The translations under genes and the position numbers were made by a program. Under the pieces are notes generated by a model that was given only the letters and a program-made list of their open reading frames with translations, was not told the DNA's origin and did not search any database. DNA of 62,302 nt, counting the filler, from Candidatus Woesearchaeota archaeon (GTDB lineage Archaea > Nanobdellota > Nanobdellia > Woesearchaeales > WJIZ01), in NCBI GenBank assembly GCA_018221205.1. It is 9 parts of 9 records of this genome, joined end to end, with 100 filler letters (N's around TTAATTAATTAA, not from the genome) between each part and the next. Parts side by side here need not be neighbours in the genome. Positions count along the whole stretch, not along the records: positions 1 to 8,817 come from JAAOYF010000038.1; positions 8,918 to 16,923 come from JAAOYF010000004.1; 7 more parts are not named here. One strand, written 5' to 3'. Every line of letters begins with the position of its first letter. The first letter of the stretch is position 1. Shown here in pieces: positions 1 to 11,919 of this stretch.

Positions 1-3000
1 AGCTATGTTGAATGGGATTATGATTATTATGGTGGTTCGGACCATTTGAAGCAGTATTCTCCGTCTTTGGACTGGCACCAGGGCATCATGCCTAAAGCAG
101 GTGAGATACAGCAGATATCCTTAGGAAGAACTCCCTTCATCCCCACAAGCATTGTGGTGAAAGAAGGGTATGTCAGGCTCAAATACCCGTTCCTCAGAGG
201 ATACAGTGGAAATTCCTATGTGGTAGCATGGTGGAGCGACCTCCCTGGGAGCATAACTACACTCATCAACAACAACTACATCAATTCCTCACTCTATTGG
301 ATCGTTGAGGAAGAAAGTGCAAGCTACAACCATACTGTCACTGAGGGAAACTATACTATCCTCGTTGAAATCCCTCTGGCGCACCCAATCTGGAACTATA
401 CGTTCATCAATGCCAGCTTCTCGAGCCCTTCTCCTGACATGAATCCGCCCTCGTTAGAATATATTGACATTTCATCTAGGATAACGGAGAAGATGGATAT
501 TGTGATAGAATTCTCTGATGAGTCACCTATTTCGGATTTCGGCCTCTCCTATAGCACGAATAGATTTGGGTGGAAAGAAGTCAATATGTCTGGTGCCGAT
601 AGGTACACTGGTACTATCGCCATCAATGACAGCAACATCGAAGTGGTCAACCTCAGATTTTTTGCAGAAGATAACTACAGCAATAAGATTATTTATTTTA
701 TAGATGCGGCGAGCCTGAAAGAACGAAATATCAGCCTGCGATTGAATAAGACTGGACCTGTCCTCAGACTGGAACCTTTCACTATTGATGGCATCTGTCA
801 AGACAGCACTGGAGATTATTGCAGCGGGCTGCGGTTCTCTGTAGTTGTCGAGGATAGTCATCGTGCCGATATCATCTCCTCTTTTGAAGATCTATGGTTA
901 GAGAAACAGGGTGGTTACTTTGTCACAAACGTCAGCATCCCTGCAAATTTCAGTGGTGGAAAAGCAAACATCTCCTTCGTGTTCAAAGGCACTGGTGTGT
1001 ATGGCCCTATGCAGGAACATGTCGAGGTCGATGTCACTACCTTTGACCATGATATCGCTTTAACCTCTCCCTCTTACAGCCCTTTCATCACCAATGAAAA
1101 AGGGACCATCAATGTCAGTGTCTACAACATCGGCAATAATTCTGAGAACACTATCCTCATCAACCTGTCTATCGACGGCTCTAGTGAAGATAGTGCCACT
1201 ATCTCCTCATTGGATGTAGGCAAGGGTATTGGGGTAAGCCTTGAGTGGACTCCGAAAAAAGCAGGAACATATAATATCACTGTCAAAGCTGAGCCGCTCA
1301 AGGGAGAGAATTACATCAGCAACAATAAACTCTCCAAAACATTCCCTATAGGACCTGATATCCTCACCCGGCTCTCCTTGGAGCATTATGCGTATCCAGT
1401 CAATAAGACAATTGAAGCACCATTCACTTATGCAAATCAAGGGACGGAAAAGACCAGGAATCTCAAAGCGCTTCTCTATGATATCTATGAATATGATGGA
1501 GTCTACTCATCATATGGCTCGAACGCAACCCTTGAATTCGACAATGAAACGTATGTCTTTTTCGCTACAAGGACTGAAGGTGGCCTCTCTTTGGACGTCT
1601 ATCAAGATGGCCTGAAGGCCACTTATGATCTCTACTCGAGGGAGACTGTGCATCATGAGGGCCATTTCTTCCATCTTGATTGGATAGGTGAAAATGAATA
1701 CTTCCTTGTTGTCGGTAATGCTCTTCAATTTTCAGCCCTCCTCGATGATCTGGAACCAAGTACTCAGGCCGAGGGCAGCATAAACTTCATCCCTCGCCGT
1801 TTAGGAGATCATATCATCGTCCTCTTCCTCAATTCCAGTGGAGATGTCTTTTGGCAAGACAATATTCATGTTGAATACATAGAAATCGGCAAGGATGACG
1901 CTGATATAGGTGGATTCATCGAGTGGAAAGATAAAGTCTCAATCAATACTTCTCATCGTCTTGATTTTTATCTGCGCAATTATGGAAGCAAGACTGCTAA
2001 AGGCAATTCTGTGCATCTTTTCCTCATGGATAGCTATATCTCTAAATTCAGTTATTCTAATGAGAGCTTCAACTTGACCTTCGATGATGTTGTCTATGGG
2101 ATTCTCGTTTCTGAAACAGAGGAAAAGTTGCATGTCCAGGTTGGTTATGGAAACAAAGAGGAAACGTATGACCTGCAGTCCTCTGAAATAACTACTTTGG
2201 GAAATGGTGTATTCTTGGACTTAAGCTATTGGCGTGAAGGAAGTGGCTTGGTCCTGCTCGGAACAGGAGAACACCAAAGCAAACCTGTCCCTGACTTGGC
2301 ACCGCAGGGTGATTATGATAGTTATTTTACTATAACTCCGACTGAAATCGGCAAACACTATCTTAAGCTCTTCACCGATACTTCTTCAGATTGGAGATGG
2401 TCTAATAACGAGTATACTTATCATCTCACTGCTGTCCCGCCAGGTCCTGATATCCACACTTGGGTCTATGCAGGATGGAGCTATAAGATCAAAGCGAATG
2501 AGGCTGTAGAGATGGAGATCTGGCTCGAGAATGAGGGCACGATAAAGTCCTCGAATTTCAGTGTACATCTCTATGATCTTGAGAACTCTGTATGGAGGTA
2601 TGTTTCATATGGTGATATTATCGAGCAGAGCGTCGGCGGAATGATGTTCAACATCAGCGGAACGTATCTTGAGAAAGACAACATGAGCTTGATTCTAGAA
2701 TATGATAATGGAACAACCTGGAAAACATTCATGCACCCTCGGCAGACTGTAGAGATCGGCCAGAACATCTATTTGACAGTCTGGCAACTCGACCTGAATG
2801 ATTATTACTATATTTTCGGGAAAGGAAAGAAGCAGTCAGTTCCGGCAGAAAGCCTAGAAAGCGATGATTCTCAGGTACTCTACTTTAACTGGAGCTCAGA
2901 TGTACCTGGCGAACATACCTTTATCGCTTTTGCTGATGTCGCTGAAGATTCATATATCATCGACAATTACGATTCTACCTGGGTCATCATTGCTGACGAT

Positions 3001-5226
3001 AGACCTGACCTTGACCTTGATTTTTGGACATGGTCCATCGTTGAGCATAATACGGCTGAGAGCTTTGAAGTGGCCATCTATAATGGTGGGTCTGCTACCG
3101 CTTCGCAACCTACCTTGTATTTCTATGATATGTACGATCATGTCCCATTCGAGAATAAGAGCGTGACTTTTGATAATAAGAGCTATACTATCCAGGTACT
3201 GTCGCAAGACCTCTCCTCAGCCTCAATACAGATCACCTATGAAGATAGTTCGACAGAGACCATAGATGCACTCATCAATGGCCTCTCTCGATTGAAAGAC
3301 GGAACCTATCTCTATATTGATGGCGGTAAAGCTGTCCGTGAGGCATTTTCAAATACCTTATCGTTCTATTTAGGGAATGCAGAAGAGACCTCTTTCGTCT
3401 TATCAGATATCGGAGAATATGATTATGTGCAAAAAGAGGTGAATTGGACAGGCACCAAAGTAGGAAAGCATATCCTTTCGATGTTCGTCAATACCAGCAA
3501 AGAATCAGATTGGACAGACAATGTGATGAGCGAGGAAGTAACTGTCTATACCAAGAAGAATGTACAAGTCCACATCAAGAATAGCAAAGGAGAGTATGCT
3601 ACAAGAGTATTCCGGACACTGAAAGAGGAATATCTACTCAATTCTTCAAGCACTTTAGCGATACCGTGGATCAATCAGTCCTTGTTCTTGGCCTATACGA
3701 ATACGAGTGATGAATTGGTCGTCGGGATAAACTATGTACAATCTGTTCCTGCATCGAACATGAGTGCTATCTCAGAGTATTATGGGAAAATCGGAGATAA
3801 ATACCATATTTTTGCTAATGAAGTGGACTGGGAGTATAATGATACTCAATATATCATGAGTATTGATGGTACTCTTTCAACAATAACTGACGATCCTTCT
3901 CTGCTAAAAGTATGGAGCTGTAAGGAATGGGATTTTTCCAAGAAGAGCTGCAGTTCTGGTTGGAAGGTTGCATCACAATCTAAGGTGAGCGTTTTTGTTT
4001 TAGGTGCTGGTGGAGACACCAAATTTGTACTTGCTGAAGGCTCAGAATTTCGAGCGGATGCCTTTGCTATTGGATTGGAGGAGGAGAAAGAAATTCCTGC
4101 CCCTCCACCAACAAGCGGAGGTGGGGGCTCCGGAGGTGGTGGAGGCGGCTCCTCAGGTGGAAGTTTCACCCCTAAACGATTCGAGAACTCTGTCAGCCGA
4201 GCATGGGATACTATTGAAGGAGAACTCAAGACAGACATCGCCCATAGTGGGATTGCAGTCACTAAAATCAAAGCATTGATCAATAGGGTATTGAGGAGAG
4301 CAGAGCTCACTGTAGGAGTCACGGACACTTATCCTACTCCTACCTACTTCAAAAACAAGGAAGTGTATCAGGTCATGGAATTCTATGAGAAAAACATCCC
4401 TCAAGATGCTGTCTCCAAGGCTGAGATCAGCTTCACCATACCCCAATCATGGATTGCTTCCAAGGATATCGATGATTCTACCATCAATCTATATCGGGCT
4501 GTGCAGAACACCTGGAATAAACTGCCCACTAGAATAGTGAGGAAAGGCTCATTCTATTCCTTCACTGCAGAAAGCAAGGGGATGAGTTTCTTCGCGATAG
4601 CTGGGGACAAGAAGAAAGCAGAACAGGATGAAGTTGAGATTGATGCAATCCCTATCATAGAAGATGGAGATGCCCCTTTTGAACCTCGCTTAGAGACTGA
4701 CAGCGAGACTTCATTACCCTTTTCTCTGCTTGCGCTCAGTGTCATGTTTATTTTGCTTATTGTCTTCATCACCCTCCTCCTTGTACACTTCAAGAGGGTG
4801 CGGACAGATAAGAAGATTGAGATTGAAGAAGAGGTCCTGCTCACTGAAGAGAAAGCTCCTGAATACATCCTCAAGGAGCTGGAAGAAGAGGGGTATCCAA
4901 AAAAGGAAATCAAGAAAGAGTATAAACTCATCACTCTGAAGCATTATATCCTCAAGGCAAGACATCGTGGATATACTGATATGCGGGTGATGGGGCCTTT
5001 AACGAAAGCAGGCTGGCAGAAACACCTCATCCATACTGCCCTTAAAGAACTGGAAGAAGAGTCCAAAAAAGGGGCTGGGGCAATAGCTGCTACCTATTAT
5101 ATCATGAAGGCCAGGCTGCATGGTTATGGTGATGAAGAGATTACAAATCTTCTCGTGAAAGCGGGCTGGCAGAAACGGAATCTCCGCAAAATCTTCAAGA
5201 AATTAGGTAAGGCAAAATCTCCTTAA
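1..5226 (+). CDS. Large cell-surface protein (5'-partial): CARDB/Ig-like repeats, Gly-rich linker, PGF-pre-PGF-like domain, TM anchor, cytoplasmic helical repeats
   Basis: Frame open from base 1. Recurrent CARDB-like motifs (V.N.G...W.P...G.Y.I...E....NN), PPPTSGGGGSGGGGGG linker, domain ending ESKGMSFFAIAG, hydrophobic segment LLALSVMFILLIVFITLLLV. Confidence 0.8.
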   Translation, partial: SYVEWDYDYYGGSDHLKQYSPSLDWHQGIMPKAGEIQQISLGRTPFIPTSIVVKEGYVRLKYPFLRGYSGNSYVVAWWSDLPGSITTLINNNYINSSLYWIVEEESASYNHTVTEGNYTILVEIPLAHPIWNYTFINASFSSPSPDMNPPSLEYIDISSRITEKMDIVIEFSDESPISDFGLSYSTNRFGWKEVNMSGADRYTGTIAINDSNIEVVNLRFFAEDNYSNKIIYFIDAASLKERNISLRLNKTGPVLRLEPFTIDGICQDSTGDYCSGLRFSVVVEDSHRADIISSFEDLWLEKQGGYFVTNVSIPANFSGGKANISFVFKGTGVYGPMQEHVEVDVTTFDHDIALTSPSYSPFITNEKGTINVSVYNIGNNSENTILINLSIDGSSEDSATISSLDVGKGIGVSLEWTPKKAGTYNITVKAEPLKGENYISNNKLSKTFPIGPDILTRLSLEHYAYPVNKTIEAPFTYANQGTEKTRNLKALLYDIYEYDGVYSSYGSNATLEFDNETYVFFATRTEGGLSLDVYQDGLKATYDLYSRETVHHEGHFFHLDWIGENEYFLVVGNALQFSALLDDLEPSTQAEGSINFIPRRLGDHIIVLFLNSSGDVFWQDNIHVEYIEIGKDDADIGGFIEWKDKVSINTSHRLDFYLRNYGSKTAKGNSVHLFLMDSYISKFSYSNESFNLTFDDVVYGILVSETEEKLHVQVGYGNKEETYDLQSSEITTLGNGVFLDLSYWREGSGLVLLGTGEHQSKPVPDLAPQGDYDSYFTITPTEIGKHYLKLFTDTSSDWRWSNNEYTYHLTAVPPGPDIHTWVYAGWSYKIKANEAVEMEIWLENEGTIKSSNFSVHLYDLENSVWRYVSYGDIIEQSVGGMMFNISGTYLEKDNMSLILEYDNGTTWKTFMHPRQTVEIGQNIYLTVWQLDLNDYYYIFGKGKKQSVPAESLESDDSQVLYFNWSSDVPGEHTFIAFADVAEDSYIIDNYDSTWVIIADDRPDLDLDFWTWSIVEHNTAESFEVAIYNGGSATASQPTLYFYDMYDHVPFENKSVTFDNKSYTIQVLSQDLSSASIQITYEDSSTETIDALINGLSRLKDGTYLYIDGGKAVREAFSNTLSFYLGNAEETSFVLSDIGEYDYVQKEVNWTGTKVGKHILSMFVNTSKESDWTDNVMSEEVTVYTKKNVQVHIKNSKGEYATRVFRTLKEEYLLNSSSTLAIPWINQSLFLAYTNTSDELVVGINYVQSVPASNMSAISEYYGKIGDKYHIFANEVDWEYNDTQYIMSIDGTLSTITDDPSLLKVWSCKEWDFSKKSCSSGWKVASQSKVSVFVLGAGGDTKFVLAEGSEFRADAFAIGLEEEKEIPAPPPTSGGGGSGGGGGGSSGGSFTPKRFENSVSRAWDTIEGELKTDIAHSGIAVTKIKALINRVLRRAELTVGVTDTYPTPTYFKNKEVYQVMEFYEKNIPQDAVSKAEISFTIPQSWIASKDIDDSTINLYRAVQNTWNKLPTRIVRKGSFYSFTAESKGMSFFAIAGDKKKAEQDEVEIDAIPIIEDGDAPFEPRLETDSETSLPFSLLALSVMFILLIVFITLLLVHFKRVRTDKKIEIEEEVLLTEEKAPEYILKELEEEGYPKKEIKKEYKLITLKHYILKARHRGYTDMRVMGPLTKAGWQKHLIHTALKELEEESKKGAGAIAATYYIMKARLHGYGDEEITNLLVKAGWQKRNLRKIFKKLGKAKSP

Positions 5227-5857
5227 GATCTTTCTCTTTGACCACCACATCAGATACTTTGACCAATTCTTCTGATTTTGCGTTAAAGGCCATTGCCAAT
5301 CCTGCCTCTTTCGCTATCTCGACATCATTATGGTGATCGCCGATAAAGGCGCATTCATCTAAAGAAAGATTCTCTCTTGCTGCGATTTTTTTCAGGGCTT
5401 CTGCCTTGCCCTTCATATCATATTCTGTTGCTTGGATATTCAAGATATGTCCATTGTTATCAAAGAACAGACGCGAAAGGAAGATATCGTCAAAGAGCTC
5501 TTCGTAATCCGGAAGAAGGTATTCAAGGATGACATTGATTGTTCCTGAGATGATGGCCAGCTTCATTCCTTTCTCTTTAAGGGCTGCTATGGTCTCACGT
5601 GCTCCTTTCATCAAGGCAATAGGAGAGGACTTCATCGCCTCAAAGAAGTCTTTTTTTGTCGCTCCCTTCTCTTTCCACAAGTTAATATCATGCTCTGCCC
5701 ATTCCCGATAGGAGATCTTTCCTGTGAAGAATTTTTCCTTTGCTTCTTCTCTCTTCTTTTTCTCAATCTTGAAATGGTCATGGAAGAGCTGCCAGCTGTA
5801 CTCAATATTATCCACTAAAGTGCCATCGACGTCGAAACAGACAAGCTTGAATTTCAT
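5195..5857 (-). CDS. HAD-superfamily phosphatase, phosphoserine phosphatase (SerB)-like
   Basis: FDVDGTL motif I, ISG motif II, K motif III, IGDHHND motif IV. Confidence 0.85.
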   Translation of the reverse strand: MKFKLVCFDVDGTLVDNIEYSWQLFHDHFKIEKKKREEAKEKFFTGKISYREWAEHDINLWKEKGATKKDFFEAMKSSPIALMKGARETIAALKEKGMKLAIISGTINVILEYLLPDYEELFDDIFLSRLFFDNNGHILNIQATEYDMKGKAEALKKIAARENLSLDECAFIGDHHNDVEIAKEAGLAMAFNAKSEELVKVSDVVVKEKDLKEILPYLIS

Positions 5858-5949
5858 TCATCCAGGCAGTAGATAATGGTTAATAAATCTTCCCAAAAGT
5901 TTTATAAAACCCCTCCGTATACTCGAAATAAATTTTAGGAGGGATCATA

Positions 5950-6369
5950 ATGGCAATCGTAGGATTTAGCTTCACCAAAATCGAGGTTGAGAAGAAAGAA
6001 AGCGCAGTAGGAAAAGTCAATATCAGCAACAATGTCGTCTTAAAAGATGTGATAGAGGCCAGTCTTCCTGTCAACACTGTTAAGCAAAAAGCAATCAAAT
6101 TCGTATTCCAATTCACTTCTAAATATGAGCCTAATGTAGGGAAGATCGTCTTTGGCGGAGAGGTCCTTTATCTGCAGGAGACTGCTAAGGTAAAGAATAT
6201 CATAAGTGATTGGAAAAAGTCAGGACAGATCGAAAAGAACCTGATGGCCCAGATCCTGAACACTGTTCTGGCAAAGTGCAATGTGCAGGCCTTGATCCTG
6301 AGCCAGGAAGTCAATCTGCCCAGTCCCATACCTTTACCGAAGGTAAAGATGGAAGCGAAAAAGGCTTAA
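5950..6369 (+). CDS. Conserved archaeal hypothetical protein, possibly SecB-like fold
   Basis: Clean ORF with GGAGG SD; IVGFSFTKI start and LPSPIPLPK end resemble a conserved archaeal family; fold is a guess. Confidence 0.6.
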   Translation: MAIVGFSFTKIEVEKKESAVGKVNISNNVVLKDVIEASLPVNTVKQKAIKFVFQFTSKYEPNVGKIVFGGEVLYLQETAKVKNIISDWKKSGQIEKNLMAQILNTVLAKCNVQALILSQEVNLPSPIPLPKVKMEAKKA

Positions 6370-6519
6370 CTTTCTTTATTTGCAATTAAATCACTGATTG
6401 CAAAAACAATAGAAATGTTAAAGCATTTCTAAGGTTTACAATTGCTTCGTAATTGCAAAACCTTTATAAAAAGTGGTCGATTCAGCGAGTACTTAGTGGT
6501 AGCTACTCGGTAGGAAAAA

Positions 6520-8817
<2,298 letters not shown>

Positions 8818-8916
8818 NNNNNNNNNNNNNNNNNNNNNNNNNNNNNNNNNNNNNNNNNNNNTTAATTAATTAANNNNNNNNNNNNNNNNNNNNNNNNNNN
8901 NNNNNNNNNNNNNNNN
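8818..8916. other. Artificial contig linker (N-run + TTAATTAATTAA); same linker near 16924, 20437, 28562, 45796, 51964, 55167, 58940
   Basis: Identical six-frame-stop spacer inside N runs; genes are truncated at these points. Confidence 0.98.
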
Positions 8917-9013
8917 NGCGTAGCCGCGTAAAAATATTTCTAAGAAGTCGACCTAAAGGTCGGGGAATTAAACCCCTGTGCTCGCTACGCTCGCATTAAG
9001 AAATCTTAGACGA

Positions 9014-10039
9014 TCATACAATCTCTTTCCTTAATCTCGCGATGAATTCTTCGAATTGGTCTTTTCTTACATTAGCGCCGCAGGCATGCTCGTGGCCGCC
9101 TCCGTAGCCTTCTAATCCTGCGAGGGCTTTATCCAAAATCGGAGGTATGATGATCTTTGAAGATCTTAGGCTCATCCTGATCTGGCCGCCTTTATCCCGG
9201 CCTATGATGATGATCTTATCTGGATGCTTATAGAGCATCTCATTCGACAATTCAGAGGTGAAGCTCATCTTGGCCTCTGGATAGATATAGATAAGGATAT
9301 TATCTTTTTCATCCACTTTGACGTCGTTTTTCACCTCTTCATAGCCTTTGTTGATCTTTTCGAATCTTTTGTAGATGAATCTGCCCTGCTCTGTCTCCTG
9401 ATTGAGGATCTCATAAGGACTTTGTACCCTTGTCAGCACTTTCACACATTTCATCACGTCTTTGGTAGGGCCTTTGAGGATGAAATTGAACACCTTGATG
9501 AGCTCTCCGAGTTTTGAGTTGAATAAGGCATCTTCTGGACGTTTAACCGAGGCATCCAGCAAGTCTGGATACTGCTTGCAGAACTCATCCTTGAACGGAG
9601 GCAAATGCCAGTCTCCTACTGCTCCGACCATGGCAATCCATAAATCCTGCTGGACCACATCATAACACATATCGCTTGTGGGATAGATTGCATGGGGATC
9701 ATGCTTTCTGGGATTATAATATTGGACATTCTGGATATCTCCTACAGTATGATGGTCTATCCATATAATGGGACGCTTTACCTTATCCACGAATTCCTGC
9801 TTGAGGACTGCGACATCTAATATGAATACCTTATCTGGTTCGTAATTAAGGACTGGATTGACGAATTTTTCATCCACTGTCGGATGGGTCTTCACTGCTA
9901 TGCCTTTTCCCTCCTTTACGAAGCGGTAAAATAAGAGAAATGAGCATAGACCGTCTGCATCGTCGTCAAACAGGAAGACAGGATGCTGACAATTCTGCAA
10001 TTCTTCCCTTATTTTCTCGATTTCTTCTTTTTTGAGCAT
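9014..10039 (-). CDS. DHH/DHHA1 phosphoesterase (RecJ/NrnA-like)
   Basis: DDDADG, ILD, IDHH and GYGGGHEHACG motifs. Confidence 0.88.
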   Translation of the reverse strand: MLKKEEIEKIREELQNCQHPVFLFDDDADGLCSFLLFYRFVKEGKGIAVKTHPTVDEKFVNPVLNYEPDKVFILDVAVLKQEFVDKVKRPIIWIDHHTVGDIQNVQYYNPRKHDPHAIYPTSDMCYDVVQQDLWIAMVGAVGDWHLPPFKDEFCKQYPDLLDASVKRPEDALFNSKLGELIKVFNFILKGPTKDVMKCVKVLTRVQSPYEILNQETEQGRFIYKRFEKINKGYEEVKNDVKVDEKDNILIYIYPEAKMSFTSELSNEMLYKHPDKIIIIGRDKGGQIRMSLRSSKIIIPPILDKALAGLEGYGGGHEHACGANVRKDQFEEFIARLRKEIV

Positions 10040-10109
10040 GGATTTTAGGGCAGGTGGATGATATATAAAACTTTGTCAAAAAAGATTGAATTGCTTTGAG
10101 GATATTATT

Positions 10110-10201
10110 AAGCCAGCCATCATGGCAGCTGTCAGATTCCTACGGAATCCTCGTCGGCCACCCCGAGGGGGGCAACCCCCGGCCGACCAGCGCCATGGCT
10201 T
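10110..10201 (+). ncRNA. Putative GC-rich structured small RNA, family unknown
   Basis: Nested helices CATGGC(A)GCTG/CAGCGCCATG, GATTCC/GGAATC, GTCGGCC/GGCCGAC and GGGGG-GCAA-CCCCC (GNRA loop) in an AT-rich intergenic region. Confidence 0.5.
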
Positions 10202-10242
10202 GTGTCAAAAAGTATTTAATTGTGGGAAGTATGCTCTAATGA

Positions 10243-11442
10243 ATGAAAGTCAGTCAGGCGAAACATCCTCTTTTTAATTGTGGGAAACGGGATTGTCCTA
10301 TCTGTGCTAAAGCGTATTCTCGGCTCCGGATCAAGGAAAGAATAACCAAAGAGAGTTTCTCTACTGATGCTGTTGCGCCTTTCATCGGCAGATATGGCTA
10401 TCCGGAGGTGAATATCGGTCTTTTGGCGCCTCCTGAAGAGGATAAAGAAGCGTGGCTGTATGATGCGCCTAAAGAGTGGAGCGCTAAACAGTTTGAGATC
10501 CCTCAGATCATTGATTATCGGAGCGCCTTGATCAATTCCCGAACAAAAGGGAATGTGAAACAGACCAGCAGATTCTTGGCTTTGAACCAAGAGGTGAGCA
10601 TGTCTTCCAAGCCTGTCCAGGTTGAGATTGATCTGAAAGGGAAACCTCGTTTCTGGATGAAATATGACAGCCTATTAGCGCCGAGCGGACCTTCAGGACA
10701 GCTGAAGAAGGCATCTCTTACTGAAAATCCTTCTATTCCTGGCAAAGTGGAGAAAGCATTTTATGATACTGACCTTAAAGCAGCTGAGGCGTTGACGACG
10801 CTGTTTGATTCTCATTTTGATGAGAACTATCTCAGCAGAATCTTGAGCACTGGGACATTGGGCATCGGTGCAAACAGAAAATTAGTTCCGACAAGATGGA
10901 GCATCACGGCAACTGATGATACGCTAGGAAAACATTTAATCAAAGAGGTGAAGGATTATTCTGAAACGGGTTTTCATGCTTTTTTTGGAGGGCATCTGGG
11001 AAATTATTACTTGATCCTTAGCTTTCCGGATGTGTGGAGTTATGAATTAATTGAGATGGCTGTTTCCAACCCTTATGAATATGGAACAGACCATGAAAGC
11101 TATGGTGGAAGGACTGCTTATGCGGAGAATACTGCTGGCGGTTATTATACTGTACGGTTGGCTATCTTGGAGAAATTACGGAAGATCAAGAGACAAGGCA
11201 GTTTTCTTGCCTTGCGTTTTGTGACAGGAGATTATACGCTACCCCTCGGGGTATGGGTGACACGGGAGGCTGCCCGGAAAGCGATGCTTCAAGGAACTGA
11301 ATTTGCCTCAAAAGAGCTGATGATGAAATATGTCCAGACGTTAGTGAGGAAAAAGTTCGGTTTTGATATACATCCAATATTGCGGCAGAGCAAACTACTA
11401 AAAAATCAGCAACAGTCGAAATTACGTGATTTTTTCTCATAG
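10243..11442 (+). CDS. nreA: Nre family DNA repair protein with C-terminal PIP box
   Basis: CGKRDCPIC, FIGRYGYPEVNIG, RKLVPTRWSITATDD, GGYY, PLGVWVTRE; C-terminal QQSKLRDFF. Confidence 0.9.
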   Translation: MKVSQAKHPLFNCGKRDCPICAKAYSRLRIKERITKESFSTDAVAPFIGRYGYPEVNIGLLAPPEEDKEAWLYDAPKEWSAKQFEIPQIIDYRSALINSRTKGNVKQTSRFLALNQEVSMSSKPVQVEIDLKGKPRFWMKYDSLLAPSGPSGQLKKASLTENPSIPGKVEKAFYDTDLKAAEALTTLFDSHFDENYLSRILSTGTLGIGANRKLVPTRWSITATDDTLGKHLIKEVKDYSETGFHAFFGGHLGNYYLILSFPDVWSYELIEMAVSNPYEYGTDHESYGGRTAYAENTAGGYYTVRLAILEKLRKIKRQGSFLALRFVTGDYTLPLGVWVTREAARKAMLQGTEFASKELMMKYVQTLVRKKFGFDIHPILRQSKLLKNQQQSKLRDFFS

Positions 11443-11754
11443 TCTGCTTACTATATATCCAATTCCGTATCCTACTGCATATTCTAAAGCACCTATGAAT
11501 CCTCCATCTATCAAGGCAGTCGCACTTCTTTTAACTGTATATGCTGTAGTGTCGCCTTCATTCAGATGAAATGCTCCTTTGTATACTCCTTCTACTACTG
11601 CTCTTCCTCCGATTGCAGGAATGGCGAAGCTTGCACTTCCTACACTTCCATCTGCAAATCCTATTGCTGCTGTCGCTAGATTGGCCGTGATATATAGGCC
11701 AAGTCCGTTCTGATTCACTATTGATGCCACAGATATAGTTTTCTCTCTATTCAT
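11437..11754 (-). CDS. Small Gly/Ala-rich hydrophobic hypothetical protein
   Basis: 105-aa ORF with GGAGGT SD; glycine-zipper-like segments. Confidence 0.55.
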   Translation of the reverse strand: MNREKTISVASIVNQNGLGLYITANLATAAIGFADGSVGSASFAIPAIGGRAVVEGVYKGAFHLNEGDTTAYTVKRSATALIDGGFIGALEYAVGYGIGYIVSRL

Positions 11755-11919
11755 GGTAGACCTCCTAAGAATGCTGTGCGCTTATTGCGCGGGTGCGGGA
11801 GAAACACTAGGTAGAACACATCTCTTTGATAGTACTTGTTTCTCCATAAGGTACGAAAAAATGTATTGATATTTAAGTGTTATGAAAAGATATAAAAATC
11901 GAGAAGGAATTCTTTTCTT

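Noticed and set aside
8818..8916. Recurrent TTAATTAATTAA palindrome
   Set aside because: Always embedded in N runs, so it is an artificial contig linker. Gene adjacency across these linkers has no biological meaning.
10086..10277. 63-aa ORF over the GC-rich element
   Set aside because: TTG start, overlaps nreA and has atypical composition; RNA structure explains the sequence better.
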